The notes: generated by a model not told the origin, from the sequence alone. A stretch of DNA of 64,000 bases from Betaproteobacteria bacterium (GCA_016234745.1 JACRAR010000059.1:3347-67346), one strand, 5' to 3'; shown: positions 18,102-27,931, numbered from the stretch's first letter. Numbers and translations: made by a program.

Positions 18102-18956
18102 TCATGGCAGCCGCCCCGAGGCGATCATGCGTGTCATGAGCTGGGTCGCGGGAATCCAGACGATCCGATCGTCGATCAGGGTATTGCTGACGAAGGTGGC
18201 GTCGCCATTGGCATTTTCGGTTTCGTCGGCGCCCGCTCCCGCAACACTGATCTGGGTGCCTTGCGTGGAATATGCGCCGACAGGAGACTTGCCATGCGAG
18301 ACCACCACCACCGGAACCGTACCGGTGGTGGTGAGGGCGGTTCCGCCCGCAGCCGCAAGTATGTTGATGCTGCCGGGAGTACACAGGGCGAAAGCGGCGG
18401 AAGCCGGCGGAGTTGTCGGCAAACTGCCCGAGCAACCGAAGAGTTGCGCCGAGTCGATGCCCCGCCCGAAATAAGAGCTGACTTCATAGGTAAAGCGATA
18501 CCCCCAGGCATCGGTTTCGAGCAGTCCGAGCGTGGCCCAGGGCAGCACTCCGCCGACCGAATCGGTGCTGGCTACGGTGGCCTTGCAGGCCGCGGCGCCG
18601 GCAGCGCCATACTTGGCCACACCGGAAACCGAGGCGGATGAGGCCGAGGTGCAGTTGCAGGATAGGGTGGTGCCGCTGCCCGTGGTCGCTTCCTCGCCAG
18701 CATGGCTGACACCGCTGGCAATGGTCGGATCGGCGGGACAGGGCAGCCGGCCGTTGATCACCGCAAAGCCGATCAAGGCCTCGCGGATGTCCGCCAATGA
18801 CTTGTCCGTCGCTTTCGAATAGTCGATATCACGTTGCGTGCTCAGAGGCACCAGCAACCCACCCAGCAGCAGGCTGATGATGACCAGCACCACCGTCAGT
18901 TCCATGAGGGTGAAGCCCTTGCTTGAAGCGCTGTGTCGATGCAAACGATTTTTCAT
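18102..18956 (-). CDS. Type IV pilin-like protein with prepilin N-terminal cleavage/methylation motif
   Basis: KGFTLMELTVVLVIISLLLGGL is the canonical G/FTL.E class III signal. At 284 aa it is long for a major pilin. Confidence 0.8.
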   Translation of the reverse strand: MKNRLHRHSASSKGFTLMELTVVLVIISLLLGGLLVPLSTQRDIDYSKATDKSLADIREALIGFAVINGRLPCPADPTIASGVSHAGEEATTGSGTTLSCNCTSASSASVSGVAKYGAAGAAACKATVASTDSVGGVLPWATLGLLETDAWGYRFTYEVSSYFGRGIDSAQLFGCSGSLPTTPPASAAFALCTPGSINILAAAGGTALTTTGTVPVVVVSHGKSPVGAYSTQGTQISVAGAGADETENANGDATFVSNTLIDDRIVWIPATQLMTRMIASGRLP

Positions 18957-21900
18957 TGGCTGCGCAAGAGAATGTTGCTGATCGAAACATTCTGATTATC
19001 GGCCGTCGAGCTTCCTCGTGCCGTGGTAAAGCCAACATAAATACTGGACATTGCCGGACCGCTGACATCATTGATCACGATGCCGTCCTGTTCGATGGTT
19101 GGCGTGCGCGAGGGGCACAAGAAGGACAAATCGCGCGAAAGATTCTGGAAGTCGGCAGCAGAACATACCGAAGCCACCGGGAACAGATTGTCGATATACG
19201 CCTTGAGGGTGAACGTGGCTTGCTTGGCGCTGGCATTGTAGCCGCGCGTCAGATCGAGACGAACGTAAATGGTGCTCGACGTCGGCAATGCACCGCCGGC
19301 CGGGAAATAGGGCGATTTGACCGTGGAAAAACCGGATGTCGCGAATGTCGTATTGTCGAAGCTTCCTCCCGGATTTGTAGCCAGTGCGTATGTGAATTGA
19401 TTGGCGCCCGTCACCGTAATCGGATAGGTGCCGTTGTACCCCGCTGGCGAAATCCCCGAAATGCTGACCCGGTCTCCCGCGGAAGCCCAGCCGCCCGAAA
19501 CGTAGGCGCCGGGATCGGATGACGCATCGAAGGTAAAGGTGTTCGCGGTAACGGCAACGATCGCAAACGAGCCGTTGTAGCCCGATGGCGAAACGCCAGA
19601 AATTGTGACGGTCTGGCCGACAATGAAACCATGGCCCGCAGCAGTAATGGTGGCCTGGCCGGGACTGGGGGCACTGGTCCAGGCCGCATCCGTGATCTGC
19701 TTGCCCAGGTTGTGCGCCTGCGAGGTGGTGACAGTGACGCTGCCCGAGACCCACGACGCGCTGGTGATATCGTTGGTGGCCGTAACAAAGCCGGCCACGC
19801 TGGAACTTGACGGACAGGAGGCGCCCAGGGCGTATCTGAATCGCGTCGCGCTGACAATCGTCGTGATCTGGAAAGTGCCGTTATAACCGACTGGCGTTAT
19901 GCCGGAAATATTGACGAACTGATTGACGACGAAACCGTGATTGGTGGTGGTGTTGACCGTCACGGTCCCTGAGCTGCAGGTGACGCCCGAGGAAGTTGTC
20001 TTTGCGGTGCGGCTGGCGGTCGTGCCATAGCTATAAACACCGGGATCTGCGGCCAGCGCATAGGTGAAATGATTGCTGTCAGTGACCGTCACGGCAACCG
20101 GGGTCGCCGCGGCCGGATCGTAACCTGTGGACGTCACATCCGCGATCAGGACATATTGGCCCGTGCTGAAACCATGCGGCGCGGAGGTCGTCGCCGTAAC
20201 GGTACCGCCGGCCCAAGTTGCCGCGCTGAGGGTGGAAATCGGGGTGGCCGAGGCGGTCGTGACGGACAGGCCGTAGGGATTGAGCGGTTCGCTGCCGCTG
20301 CCGAGTATGCCGGTGTGATGGGTGTTGTCGTCGTTGCCTGAGACGGTGCCGGTCGGGCTGTCATCGCCCGCCGAACCCCAGTAGAGGAAGGCGAAATGGT
20401 CGCCACTATAGTCGTTGCGGTTGGTCGTGACGGCGGTGTCGAACTCGACACCGATCTTGGGCGGCTTAATGCCGACGGAGGTCCCTCCGGTCGGGATACC
20501 CGCGTAGCCCAGGCGCGAACCGGCAGTTGAGCCACACATGTAGGGCGCTGTGCTGGCGATATTGTTGGTCGCGGCATCGGCCAGCGCCACCGTGAATCCC
20601 TGTCCCGCAGTGACCGCCACGAAGTCGAAATACAGCCGCAAAGAGGTGCCCAGTGCGAAGGGTGTTTGATACCAGACGCAACCGGAGCGCGCCACCGTTG
20701 TCGAGGCATACACGCTGCCCAGGCTGACGGCGCTGCCGCTCACCGCGACCACCGGATTCGATGCAGTTGGCATGACGATACCGCCGCTGAACCCCGCAAT
20801 ATCCAGTGCTGAAGAAAGAAAGGTTCCGGGGAACAGGCAGGTGCCGACATCCGCGCTCGGGGTTGCGGCGCTGAACGATGTGTTTCCGGAAAAAGTGGTC
20901 CCCGCGGGAACAACCGAGATGTCATTGTTGAGAATATCCAGACCGCTGCCGGCTTCGAAATAGTTACTAAGATAGTCACTGGAAGCTGCTTTCTGCGTGG
21001 TCAGTCGCGGCTGTCCGGCAGAGCTGAAGCCATTGGCAATGGCGCTGCGCCCAGGGAACATCAGCGCGCCACGACAGCTTGAAGTCGCCCCGGACATGGT
21101 CAGACAGGGTGTCGCCAGGCTGGCACACGTGACCAGACGGTACTGCTCGGCCCAGTTGTTGTAATAGGTGCTGTAGTCAATCTTGGCTGCCGTGTAATTG
21201 TCATACAGGGGGGTGGCCTGCAGGTCGGCGGCCTTGGCCGGCAGCCTGCCGATCTGCTTTCCGAATTGCGTGAAGCCGGTCGTCAAAGGCTGACTGGTGT
21301 TGGTACTGTTGACCAGGTCGTCCTGAATCTTCTTTTCCAGCACCGCCTGGATGATGTCAGTCAGCGTATTGATCTGGCCCGGCGGTGTTGCGGTCAGCGC
21401 GTTGCTGAAATCGGTGCGCTTGACGATCTTGTCGAAAATCTCCCTGGGCGTAATCACGGCCAGTTGGTCATTGTTGGTGACGTTGTCATTGGCATCTTTC
21501 ACGACACCGGGTGTGATCGTGATCGTCGAGCTCACGGCAAACCCGTTCAGTGTGTATCCGCCATCGAGGTAAGCGGCGATTTCGCTGGGGTCCGCCTTGC
21601 AGGCTTCGCTGCCGAAGACCGTGCGGCTTTGCCCGGACAATGGCGGACCGGGCGCAAAGATCACGGCCACCGCGCCGCCATCCCCTTGCTCGGGAGCGAC
21701 TGAAGTGCCCGCAATGCTGAACTGGCCCTGGGTATCCCAATTCATCACTGTCGGATCGGGTGGCGGCGTGAGGTAAGCCTTTTGATCGTTCTTGAACGTA
21801 CCCGAGACTGCGTACCAGAGACAGTTGCCGTCGGCATCGCGCATGTCGGGAAGACCGAGCGTCTTATAGGGCAAGAGGCCGACGGCGGCTATGCCGGCAT

Positions 21901-22213
21901 TGCCGCAGTTGATCGTAGCCTGGCCATTTCCGGTCTGATCCGGGCAGGGCAAATAACCGAAAACATCGTTGGATTGGCCCGAGCCATCACGATAGGTCAT
22001 GGCATAGCCGATCAGGGCTTCCTTGGCCAAAGTGAGTGCCTTGAAGGTTTCGTCGCCGCGCGCAAACTTGCGTGTGACAAATTCCAGCTGGCTGGTGACC
22101 GCAAACAAGGAACCCATGACGGCGAGCACCAGCATGATCAGCAAAGCGACGCCCTGCTGACGGCGCCTTCCCCGTCCGGATTTACCGGCGTGGACGCTTG
22201 GTTTCATCACCAC
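18953..22213 (-). CDS. Large pseudopilin-like filament protein with a legume-lectin-like domain interrupted by tandem ~45-aa repeats (putative adhesin)
   Basis: N-terminal hydrophobic helix GVALLIMLVLAVMGSLFAV (GspK/PilX-type, no Glu5). Lectin signatures GQGFTVALADA, GSRLGYAGI, IGVEFDT and, after the repeats, IYVGFTTARGSS. Repeats have the form H-G-F-..-GQ.V.ISG..P.GYNG.F.I......F.Y. Confidence 0.65.
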   Translation of the reverse strand: MVMKPSVHAGKSGRGRRRQQGVALLIMLVLAVMGSLFAVTSQLEFVTRKFARGDETFKALTLAKEALIGYAMTYRDGSGQSNDVFGYLPCPDQTGNGQATINCGNAGIAAVGLLPYKTLGLPDMRDADGNCLWYAVSGTFKNDQKAYLTPPPDPTVMNWDTQGQFSIAGTSVAPEQGDGGAVAVIFAPGPPLSGQSRTVFGSEACKADPSEIAAYLDGGYTLNGFAVSSTITITPGVVKDANDNVTNNDQLAVITPREIFDKIVKRTDFSNALTATPPGQINTLTDIIQAVLEKKIQDDLVNSTNTSQPLTTGFTQFGKQIGRLPAKAADLQATPLYDNYTAAKIDYSTYYNNWAEQYRLVTCASLATPCLTMSGATSSCRGALMFPGRSAIANGFSSAGQPRLTTQKAASSDYLSNYFEAGSGLDILNNDISVVPAGTTFSGNTSFSAATPSADVGTCLFPGTFLSSALDIAGFSGGIVMPTASNPVVAVSGSAVSLGSVYASTTVARSGCVWYQTPFALGTSLRLYFDFVAVTAGQGFTVALADAATNNIASTAPYMCGSTAGSRLGYAGIPTGGTSVGIKPPKIGVEFDTAVTTNRNDYSGDHFAFLYWGSAGDDSPTGTVSGNDDNTHHTGILGSGSEPLNPYGLSVTTASATPISTLSAATWAGGTVTATTSAPHGFSTGQYVLIADVTSTGYDPAAATPVAVTVTDSNHFTYALAADPGVYSYGTTASRTAKTTSSGVTCSSGTVTVNTTTNHGFVVNQFVNISGITPVGYNGTFQITTIVSATRFRYALGASCPSSSSVAGFVTATNDITSASWVSGSVTVTTSQAHNLGKQITDAAWTSAPSPGQATITAAGHGFIVGQTVTISGVSPSGYNGSFAIVAVTANTFTFDASSDPGAYVSGGWASAGDRVSISGISPAGYNGTYPITVTGANQFTYALATNPGGSFDNTTFATSGFSTVKSPYFPAGGALPTSSTIYVRLDLTRGYNASAKQATFTLKAYIDNLFPVASVCSAADFQNLSRDLSFLCPSRTPTIEQDGIVINDVSGPAMSSIYVGFTTARGSSTADNQNVSISNILLRSQ

Positions 22214-22670
22214 GATTGATCTGCAGCCGCCCCCCTGCCAGTCCGTTGCTGAGCTCTTGCGTCGCGCGGTTCAATCTCTCGCCGACGCGCAGTGAGGCCG
22301 GAGTTTCTTCACCAACGCCAATTTCGACCTCTTCAATGCGTCGGGATGAGGGACGCACTGATATTCCGCTGACATTGACCCCCTCCCGTTGCGGACGGCC
22401 ATTGACCCAGACCGTCGTCTTGCCGCCACTACGGCGCACCATGCCGTTGACATGGACACTGGCGACTTCGATGGTTTCCTGGGTTTTTTCCTGGATGTTG
22501 AGCTGGCGCTGTCGTTCCAGCTGGGCTCGCCGCTCGGGGGTCAGAAACAGGCGGCCCAACTGCGCGGCCTGAACCAGCGCGGGCAGCATGAACAGCAACA
22601 GGACGGCCAGCCGCCGTGCCGCACGACGGTGCGCAGCAAACAACGCAATGGCCCGGCTGGCGCACATCAT
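22182..22670 (-). CDS. Secreted pilus-assembly accessory protein (MshK-like by position)
   Basis: Signal-peptide-like N-terminus (LAVLLLFMLPALVQAA). ATGA coupling to the upstream gene. The assignment is positional only. Confidence 0.4.
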   Translation of the reverse strand: MMCASRAIALFAAHRRAARRLAVLLLFMLPALVQAAQLGRLFLTPERRAQLERQRQLNIQEKTQETIEVASVHVNGMVRRSGGKTTVWVNGRPQREGVNVSGISVRPSSRRIEEVEIGVGEETPASLRVGERLNRATQELSNGLAGGRLQINRGDETKRPRR

Positions 22671-23257
22671 GGCTGGACGAAGCTCCTTTCACGCAACGTA
22701 ATCCAGTCAATCGAGCAATCGGCCACCAGCTGCGCGGTGCTGCCAAGAATGGTTTGGCGCGTCACGTTGCAGCTTTTCACGTTGGTGTATGCGCGTATGT
22801 TGTCGCGGAGATCGGCGAGAAAGTTGAGCAGGTCTTCCTCGTGCAGCAATTGCATCTGCAGCCGCATGTTGCTGACCATGAAATCGTAGCCGCTGTTGTT
22901 GGGTTCAAGCACTTTTTGCGGCTGCAACTCATATTGCACGTCGAGCAACTTGCGATTGGTCTTGATCTTGCGCATTTGCTCGACCCAGTCGAGGCGCTTC
23001 TCCCCGCCGATATAGCCACGCGCCTCGATGCTCTGGTAGCGCGCGAATTTCTCGCGCAGTTCCTGTTCTTCGTTCTGGGCATTGGCAAGCTTGCCCTGGA
23101 TTTCGGTGCGCTTGGCGACCGCCTGCTTGTCCGCTTTCTGCGCCGCGGCGTGCAAACCGATCGAGGCATACACCGCCGCCGCTCCCAGCAGCGACAGCAG
23201 CGCAATGAGCGCCAGATTCCAGCGGATGTGCCGCAGGATTTGATTGAAAGAATTCAT
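22667..23257 (-). CDS. PilO/MshJ-like bitopic pilus assembly protein
   Basis: N-terminal TM (WNLALIALLSLLGAAAVYASI) followed by a coiled coil, the PilO/MshJ architecture. I prefer the ATG at 23257 to the track start at 23335. Confidence 0.45.
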   Translation of the reverse strand: MNSFNQILRHIRWNLALIALLSLLGAAAVYASIGLHAAAQKADKQAVAKRTEIQGKLANAQNEEQELREKFARYQSIEARGYIGGEKRLDWVEQMRKIKTNRKLLDVQYELQPQKVLEPNNSGYDFMVSNMRLQMQLLHEEDLLNFLADLRDNIRAYTNVKSCNVTRQTILGSTAQLVADCSIDWITLRERSFVQP

Positions 23258-23288
23258 GGCCAATCCGTGGCCGTGGCGCGGCTGTTCA

Positions 23289-24854
23289 TCATAGCTTTTG
23301 CGACAGGCGCAGGGAAAATCTTGGCGCTTCGACAACGGTTGCGCTGTCGTCGGTGCTTCTCAACGCTTTGGTTGACTCGACGTCGAACGGCAACTTGAGT
23401 ATGCGCGCTTGCACTTTGCCATCCTTGGTCAGGCTGGCGCTGAAGGCTTCAATAATGGTCTTGAGCGTCCGCTCGTCGTTCTTCAGCGTCACCGGCAACT
23501 GGGCGTAAATGTCGATGACGACGAACAGGTCGCTCTTGCTGCCGCCTAACGCCGGAACTGGAGGTTTGCCCGGACCGCCGGAACTGGGCAAGCCCTCCTC
23601 GGGATCGCGCAAAACTTTCCAGTCGAGACGATCCAGTTCCACTCGCGCAGATTGCTGCAGCGCTTCGCTGATGCGCTGATACATAGGATCCAGAGTCGCC
23701 GAACGCTTGACCAGATTGTCATAACCTTCGATCAAGGCGCGCAGGTTGCTGCTGCTGAAGGGCATTTGCGGCAGGGTCTTAAGCGCCGCCTCATAGCGCT
23801 GGGCGAGGGCTTGTGCCTGCTGCTGCACTTCGCTGGTGTTTTCGCTGAGCTGGAAGGTCTGAATCAGCTGCCGGCCGGAAAAAATCATGCAGGACAGAAA
23901 AATCACCAAGGACATGCTGTTGAGCACGAGCTTTGTCTGCCACAAACGGAACAGGCGGCGCTCGGCGGCCTGGGCGAACTGCTGGGTGGGAGTCTTGCGC
24001 GCCATCAGGTGCAGGAACAACGCTTCGCTGCGCGAGTCCTGCGGTACGGTCTTGAGCTTGAGCCGTCGTCCTTCGGCGACGAGATCGATAAATTCGAAGC
24101 GCAAATCGTTCGAGTCCGGGCAACGCGCGCGGAAAGTCTGTATCTGGGATGGGTGCGTCAGCACCATGGCCGGCAAGGCCGCGCCGCGTTCCACCAAGCG
24201 CTGTCCGATCAGGTATTGGTGTATGCGTGTGGACTCCAGTGCGCAAGCATCGGCGATCTCTTCTGCGGAATCGCTGAGCAATGGCGTCAAGCGGGAAAAT
24301 CTCAGCTTGCCCTGCTCGAAGAAGGATTGGCGCAAGCCGCCGCGCGAGAGGGAAACCAGCAGGAAGCGGGGGGATTCCCTGGGGGTCTTGCTGGACAGCA
24401 GACTGACCAGGGTATTGGCGATCAGCGACACCGAATAAACACCCGTAAGCTGGCATTCGGCGGCGCGCAGGGCATCCAGCCAGGGTTCGAAGAACTGCGG
24501 GCGCGTCAGGGCATAGAACAGGATCTTGTCGTCACGCCGGCCTTCGGTTTCCCGCCCCATGGTAAATGCCAGGTTCAGCGTGGTGCCGAAAAAATACTGA
24601 TCGACCTTGCGTTTCAGCAATGCAGTCCGGTCGCTGCCTTGCACATGGGGAATCACATCTGCCTGAAAGCCTTCCTCGACTACCTCGGCAAGCAGGTAGA
24701 ACAGGCTTTTCTTGTGCTCCGGCAGGTAGGTGGCAAAAGCTTCCTGTCCCTTGCTGTCGGTTGCGAAGCTTCCCTCGGGATACAACTGGCCATCCTGCCA
24801 GCGGTAGGCCGACATCAGATTGGCATCAAGGAAAAGGAGGCGGCGTTGCGGCAT
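23289..24854 (-). CDS. MshI-like (PilM/PilN-type fusion) pilus assembly protein
   Basis: 521 aa with a central TM segment (LVLNSMSLVIFLSCMIFSG). Its size and position before the MshJ/K-like genes match MshI. The assignment is weak. Confidence 0.4.
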   Translation of the reverse strand: MPQRRLLFLDANLMSAYRWQDGQLYPEGSFATDSKGQEAFATYLPEHKKSLFYLLAEVVEEGFQADVIPHVQGSDRTALLKRKVDQYFFGTTLNLAFTMGRETEGRRDDKILFYALTRPQFFEPWLDALRAAECQLTGVYSVSLIANTLVSLLSSKTPRESPRFLLVSLSRGGLRQSFFEQGKLRFSRLTPLLSDSAEEIADACALESTRIHQYLIGQRLVERGAALPAMVLTHPSQIQTFRARCPDSNDLRFEFIDLVAEGRRLKLKTVPQDSRSEALFLHLMARKTPTQQFAQAAERRLFRLWQTKLVLNSMSLVIFLSCMIFSGRQLIQTFQLSENTSEVQQQAQALAQRYEAALKTLPQMPFSSSNLRALIEGYDNLVKRSATLDPMYQRISEALQQSARVELDRLDWKVLRDPEEGLPSSGGPGKPPVPALGGSKSDLFVVIDIYAQLPVTLKNDERTLKTIIEAFSASLTKDGKVQARILKLPFDVESTKALRSTDDSATVVEAPRFSLRLSQKL

Positions 24855-24877
24855 GAACGGTTCTCGCGTTTACCAGC

Positions 24878-26077
24878 TCACATCTTGAGCTTGGAAATAA
24901 TGTCGTAGATCGGCCCCAGCACGGCGATCATCACCCAGCCGAGAATCAGGCCGACGATCATGGTCATGGCCGGTTCGATCATGGTCTGCACTTTCTCAAT
25001 CGACTCCTTGACATCGCGATTGTAGAAGTAACTGACATTGATCAGCGCCTTGTCCAGCCCGCCTGTATTTTCGCCGACGCGCAGCATGCGCACCACCAGC
25101 GGCGGAAACAGGTTGATGCTCTGAAAGGCGGCGGTCACGTTCTGGCCATCGGCGATCAGTTGTCCGGCACGCTGCAGGCCTTCCTTGATGACCATGTTGC
25201 CGACCACATTCTCGGTGGTCTTGATGGCATCGATGATGGAAATTCCCGAAGCGTAGAGCATCGCGAAAATGCCTGAAAAGCGCGACAGGATGATCTTGCG
25301 CAAGATCTCTCCGATATACGGGATCCTGAGCTTGAACGCATCGAAGCGATAACGCGCCACCGAGTTGGTATTCACGGCGACGGTGGACGCCACGACCAGA
25401 AGAATGGGTGTGATGATGATCAGGTACCAGTAATTGACGAAGAAATCCGAGGTCGCCATCAGCACCTGGGTTTGCAGCGGCAACTCCTGCCCCATGTTCT
25501 TGATGAAACCGGCCATCTTCGGCACCAGATAGATCATCATGAAGAAAGTTACGCCCACCACCACGAAGCCGAGGAAAGCCGGATACATGATGAGCTTCTT
25601 GGTCTGCGAGGCGAGTTCGTCCTGCCACTTTAGCGAATCGACCAGGCTTTGCAGCACGCCGGGCAGATTGCCGGTATCCTCGCCGGCGCGGATCAGGCTG
25701 ATGAACACCTCGTCGAAAGTGCGCGGATGCTCGAGCATGGCCTGCGACAGCGTCTTGCCGCCCTCGATGCTTTCGATCATGCCGGCCAGCACCTGCCTGA
25801 ATTGCGGATGCGTGATGCTGTCGCGCAGATCGGTCAGTCCTTCCAGGATCGGCACGCCGGAGCGCGTCAGTTGCTCGAGATGGAAACAGAAATTGATGAG
25901 TTCGGGGCGGGGTATCTTGGCGCTGTGCAGCATGCCACCCTGCTTGACCGGATCGCCCTTGATGAAATCGAGATCGATGCGTTTCAGGCGCATCTCCAGA
26001 TCGATCAGGTTGGCCGCTTCCATCTGGCCCATGACTGTACGCCCTTGCGGATTCATCGCCTTGTAGGCGAACAGCAT
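24878..26077 (-). CDS. GspF/PilC-family platform protein (MshG-like)
   Basis: 399 aa with the duplicated T2SS-F architecture, three TM regions, and a GspF-like N-terminal domain. Confidence 0.9.
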   Translation of the reverse strand: MLFAYKAMNPQGRTVMGQMEAANLIDLEMRLKRIDLDFIKGDPVKQGGMLHSAKIPRPELINFCFHLEQLTRSGVPILEGLTDLRDSITHPQFRQVLAGMIESIEGGKTLSQAMLEHPRTFDEVFISLIRAGEDTGNLPGVLQSLVDSLKWQDELASQTKKLIMYPAFLGFVVVGVTFFMMIYLVPKMAGFIKNMGQELPLQTQVLMATSDFFVNYWYLIIITPILLVVASTVAVNTNSVARYRFDAFKLRIPYIGEILRKIILSRFSGIFAMLYASGISIIDAIKTTENVVGNMVIKEGLQRAGQLIADGQNVTAAFQSINLFPPLVVRMLRVGENTGGLDKALINVSYFYNRDVKESIEKVQTMIEPAMTMIVGLILGWVMIAVLGPIYDIISKLKM

Positions 26078-27783
26078 TACATGCGCTCCGTCAGGTCGAC
26101 CACCCGCACCACTTCCTCAAGCGAGGTCGTGCCGTCCCGCACACGCCGCAGGCCATCCTCGGCAAGCGGACGGAAGCCCTTGGCCAGCGCGGCATTGCGG
26201 ATTTCCCGCACGGTCGCGCGGCGGGCGATCAGTTCATCGATGTCACTGTCGAGGCGCAACAGTTCCATGATCGCGACCCGGCCGCGGTAACCCTGATAAC
26301 CGCATGCTTCGCAGCCGGCGGCGCGGTAGACGGTGGGCGGCGGCGACGAGTTCTCATCGCCCAGCAGGCGGCACTCGTGCGGCTCGGCCTGGTAGGGTCT
26401 GCGACAATTGGTGCACAGCCGGCGCAGCAGGCGCTGGGCGATCACGCCGATGATATTCCCCGCCATGATGTCCGGCAGAATGCCGATGTCCATCAACCGG
26501 GGAAAGACGCCGATGGCGGAATTGGTGTGCAATGTCGAGAATACCTGGTGGCCGGTCATGGCGGCGCGAAAAGCCATCTCGGCCGTTTCCGCATCGCGAA
26601 TTTCGCCGACCAGGATCACGTCGGGGTCCTGCCGCATCATCGAGCGGATGCCGTTGGCGAAATCCAGCTTGGCCGCTTCCGCCACCGAGGTCTGGCGGAT
26701 CATGGCCATCGGATACTCGACCGGATCTTCCAGGGTCATCACATTGACGCTTTCCTCGTTCATGTGATTGAGCACCGAATACAGCGTGGTGGTCTTGCCG
26801 CTGCCGGTGGGGCCCGTGACCAGGATGATGCCTTCGGGACGGGCGATCATCTTCTTCAGCATCTCCAGATGATGTTCGTCGAGACCAAGGCCATCGATCG
26901 GCACGATACCCTTTTCCCGGTCGAGAATCCGCAGCACCACGTTTTCGCCGTGGATGGTCGGCTGCGCGGCAACCCGGAAGTCGACCGCACGGCCGCTGAT
27001 ATTGATGGAGATGCGGCCGTCCTGCGGCGCGCGCGTTTCGGCGATGTTCATACCACCCATGACCTTGAGACGCACGGTCATGGCGGGCCAATAGGACTTG
27101 TGCAGTGCGCGGATCTGCCTCAGGATGCCGTCGATGCGATAGCGAATGCGCAGGAAAGTCGCTTCCGGCTCGAAGTGGATATCGGAAACATCGCGCTTGA
27201 CGGCATCGGTCAGCAACGCGTCCACCAGGCGCACCACCGGCTGGCTGTACTCGTCAACTGAGGCCGCAATGCTGCGGTAATCGATCTCGCCGGTCTCGAT
27301 TTCGTTGAGGATGCCGTCGATCGAGAGTTCGTGGCCATAATACTGATCGATGGCGCGGGCAATTTCCGATTCGCCGGCCAGCAGCGTTTCGATCAGCAAC
27401 TCGCGCGAGGTCAGCGAACGCAAGCGGTCCAGTGCGATGATGTCGTTGAGGTCGGCAACCGCGATGGTGAGTCGGTTTTGCTCGGCGTCGTAAGCCAGCG
27501 GCAGCAGTTTGTGACGCTTGGCGAGTTCGTGGGAAACCAGGCGCAATGCGGCCGGATCGATGATGGCATTGGACAGGTCGATCGACTTCTTGCCGAGCGA
27601 TTCGCCCAGCGCGTCGCGCAATGTGGTTTCGGAAACAAACCCGAGGCTGACCAGCAGCTTGCCGATCGGCTGATTCGACTTCATTTGCTCCAGCAACGCG
27701 ATGCGCAACTGGTCCTCGCTGATCACGCCCTGCGCAATCAGAAGCTGGCCGATCGGCTGACGGGAAGGAGTCGGTGAATTCAT
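26077..27783 (-). CDS. GspE/PilB-family secretion ATPase with N-terminal MshEN c-di-GMP-binding domain (MshE-like)
   Basis: Walker A GPTGSGKTTT and tetracysteine CTNC...CEAC. Two MshEN-type 24-residue motifs are separated by 5 residues. GGAGAA lies 10 nt upstream of ATG 27783; the track start at 27807 is a GTG. Confidence 0.9.
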   Translation of the reverse strand: MNSPTPSRQPIGQLLIAQGVISEDQLRIALLEQMKSNQPIGKLLVSLGFVSETTLRDALGESLGKKSIDLSNAIIDPAALRLVSHELAKRHKLLPLAYDAEQNRLTIAVADLNDIIALDRLRSLTSRELLIETLLAGESEIARAIDQYYGHELSIDGILNEIETGEIDYRSIAASVDEYSQPVVRLVDALLTDAVKRDVSDIHFEPEATFLRIRYRIDGILRQIRALHKSYWPAMTVRLKVMGGMNIAETRAPQDGRISINISGRAVDFRVAAQPTIHGENVVLRILDREKGIVPIDGLGLDEHHLEMLKKMIARPEGIILVTGPTGSGKTTTLYSVLNHMNEESVNVMTLEDPVEYPMAMIRQTSVAEAAKLDFANGIRSMMRQDPDVILVGEIRDAETAEMAFRAAMTGHQVFSTLHTNSAIGVFPRLMDIGILPDIMAGNIIGVIAQRLLRRLCTNCRRPYQAEPHECRLLGDENSSPPPTVYRAAGCEACGYQGYRGRVAIMELLRLDSDIDELIARRATVREIRNAALAKGFRPLAEDGLRRVRDGTTSLEEVVRVVDLTERM

Positions 27784-27837
27784 ACTGCCGCTATTCTCCG
27801 GCATCACGAGGATGCTGGCAACCGCAAGATAAGACGA

Positions 27838-27891
27838 GTGCCCGCCCTTGCCTTTGGGGTACTGGTGCCCGCCCTTGCCTTTGGGGTACTG
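27838..27891. repeat. Perfect 27-bp tandem duplication (gtgcccgcccttgcctttggggtactg x2) within a structured intergenic region
   Basis: Read directly at 27838-27864 and 27865-27891. Flanking complementary segments are ccttgcc/ggcaagg, ggggta/tacccc and gtgcccg/cgggcac. Confidence 0.9.
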
Positions 27892-27931
27892 GGCAAGGTT
27901 GGAACTAATACCCCAGAATCAAAATCGGGCA

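Noticed and set aside
23652-24908. 418-aa plus-strand ORF
   Set aside because: It is antisense to the MshI-like gene, which sits in a tightly packed minus-strand operon. No motifs or Shine-Dalgarno.
27838-27891. Possible CRISPR array
   Set aside because: There are only two directly abutting 27-bp copies with no spacers, and no cas genes. It is a tandem duplication, not a CRISPR.
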